Both the position numbers and the translations under genes were made by a program. The notes below the pieces were generated by a model, which ran no database searches, was not told the origin of the DNA, and saw only the letters and a list, made by a program, of their open reading frames with translations. A stretch of DNA of 64,000 bases. Origin: an uncultured Bacteroidota bacterium (GTDB lineage Bacteria; Bacteroidota; Bacteroidia; Bacteroidales; P3). The stretch lies in assembly GCA_902793295.1 (NCBI GenBank), contig CADBDA010000009.1, positions 13,202-77,201 of the forward strand. Reading direction: 5' to 3'. This document shows, one piece after another, positions 63,931 through 64,000 of the stretch (its first letter is position 1; each line of letters begins with the position of its first letter).

Positions 63931-64000
63931 ATGAAGAAAAGATTCAACCCCATCAAGGACAAAAGCAGCGAGATTATCGAGTACCTCATGTCGTCGCCCG
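63931..64000 (+). CDS. start of an unidentified gene (runs off the right edge)
   Basis: ATG 63931 opens MKKRFNPIKDKSSEIIEYLMSSP.... Only 23 codons are visible. Confidence 0.3.
   Translation, partial: MKKRFNPIKDKSSEIIEYLMSSP

Overview
This is a high-GC Bacteroidota chromosomal window that looks Prevotellaceae-like. The lineage call rests on many TAnnTTTG -7 promoter boxes, Type IX secretion (T9SS) C-terminal sorting domains, GldH, and S46 and C69 peptidases.

Layout:
- (i) 0-10 kb: peptide and amino-acid catabolism. It holds a DPP11-like S46 peptidase, an aldo/keto reductase with an Fe-S tail, an SDR-type threonine dehydrogenase, an orphan Wza-like exporter and two tandem C69 dipeptidases.
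- (ii) 10.1-18.2 kb: a single 2679-aa T9SS surface protein with an internal duplication.
- (iii) 18.3-26.1 kb: a minus-strand housekeeping block of rlmN, PBP1A, gldH, a PSP1/RicT-like gene and holB.
- (iv) 26.6-28.5 kb: a flavodiiron protein plus a flavin-reductase/rubredoxin fusion.
- (v) 28.5-44.3 kb: a mosaic accessory region. It contains an AT-rich AAA ATPase gene and three ECF sigma modules. Two of those modules are paralogous four-gene sets that end in exported cargo; the third encodes an outer-membrane barrel plus a GIN-domain lipoprotein. The region also holds intact and decayed T9SS cargo genes, a degenerate RAYT-like transposase flanked by inverted REP-like hairpins, an 80-bp junction repeat, and an MNT/HepT toxin-antitoxin pair.
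- (vi) 44.3-46.3 kb: rubredoxin, ferritin and a reverse rubrerythrin.
- (vii) 46.36-47.79 kb: an IS3-family element with a programmed -1 frameshift, inserted at the apex of a palindromic terminator.
- (viii) 47.8-52.7 kb: a 1605-aa T9SS protein.
- (ix) 52.9-53.2 kb: tRNA-Arg, tRNA-Pro and tRNA-Ser.
- (x) 53.6-63.5 kb: housekeeping genes (gpmA, lgt, rny, zapA, ribBA, a PAP2 phosphatase, a short UvrA paralog and a nucleoside hydrolase).

No CRISPR array, rRNA, prophage or conjugation genes were seen. The most unusual content is the repeated ECF sigma plus exported-cargo architecture and its recombination scars. All homology calls come from motif recognition by eye, not from database searches.
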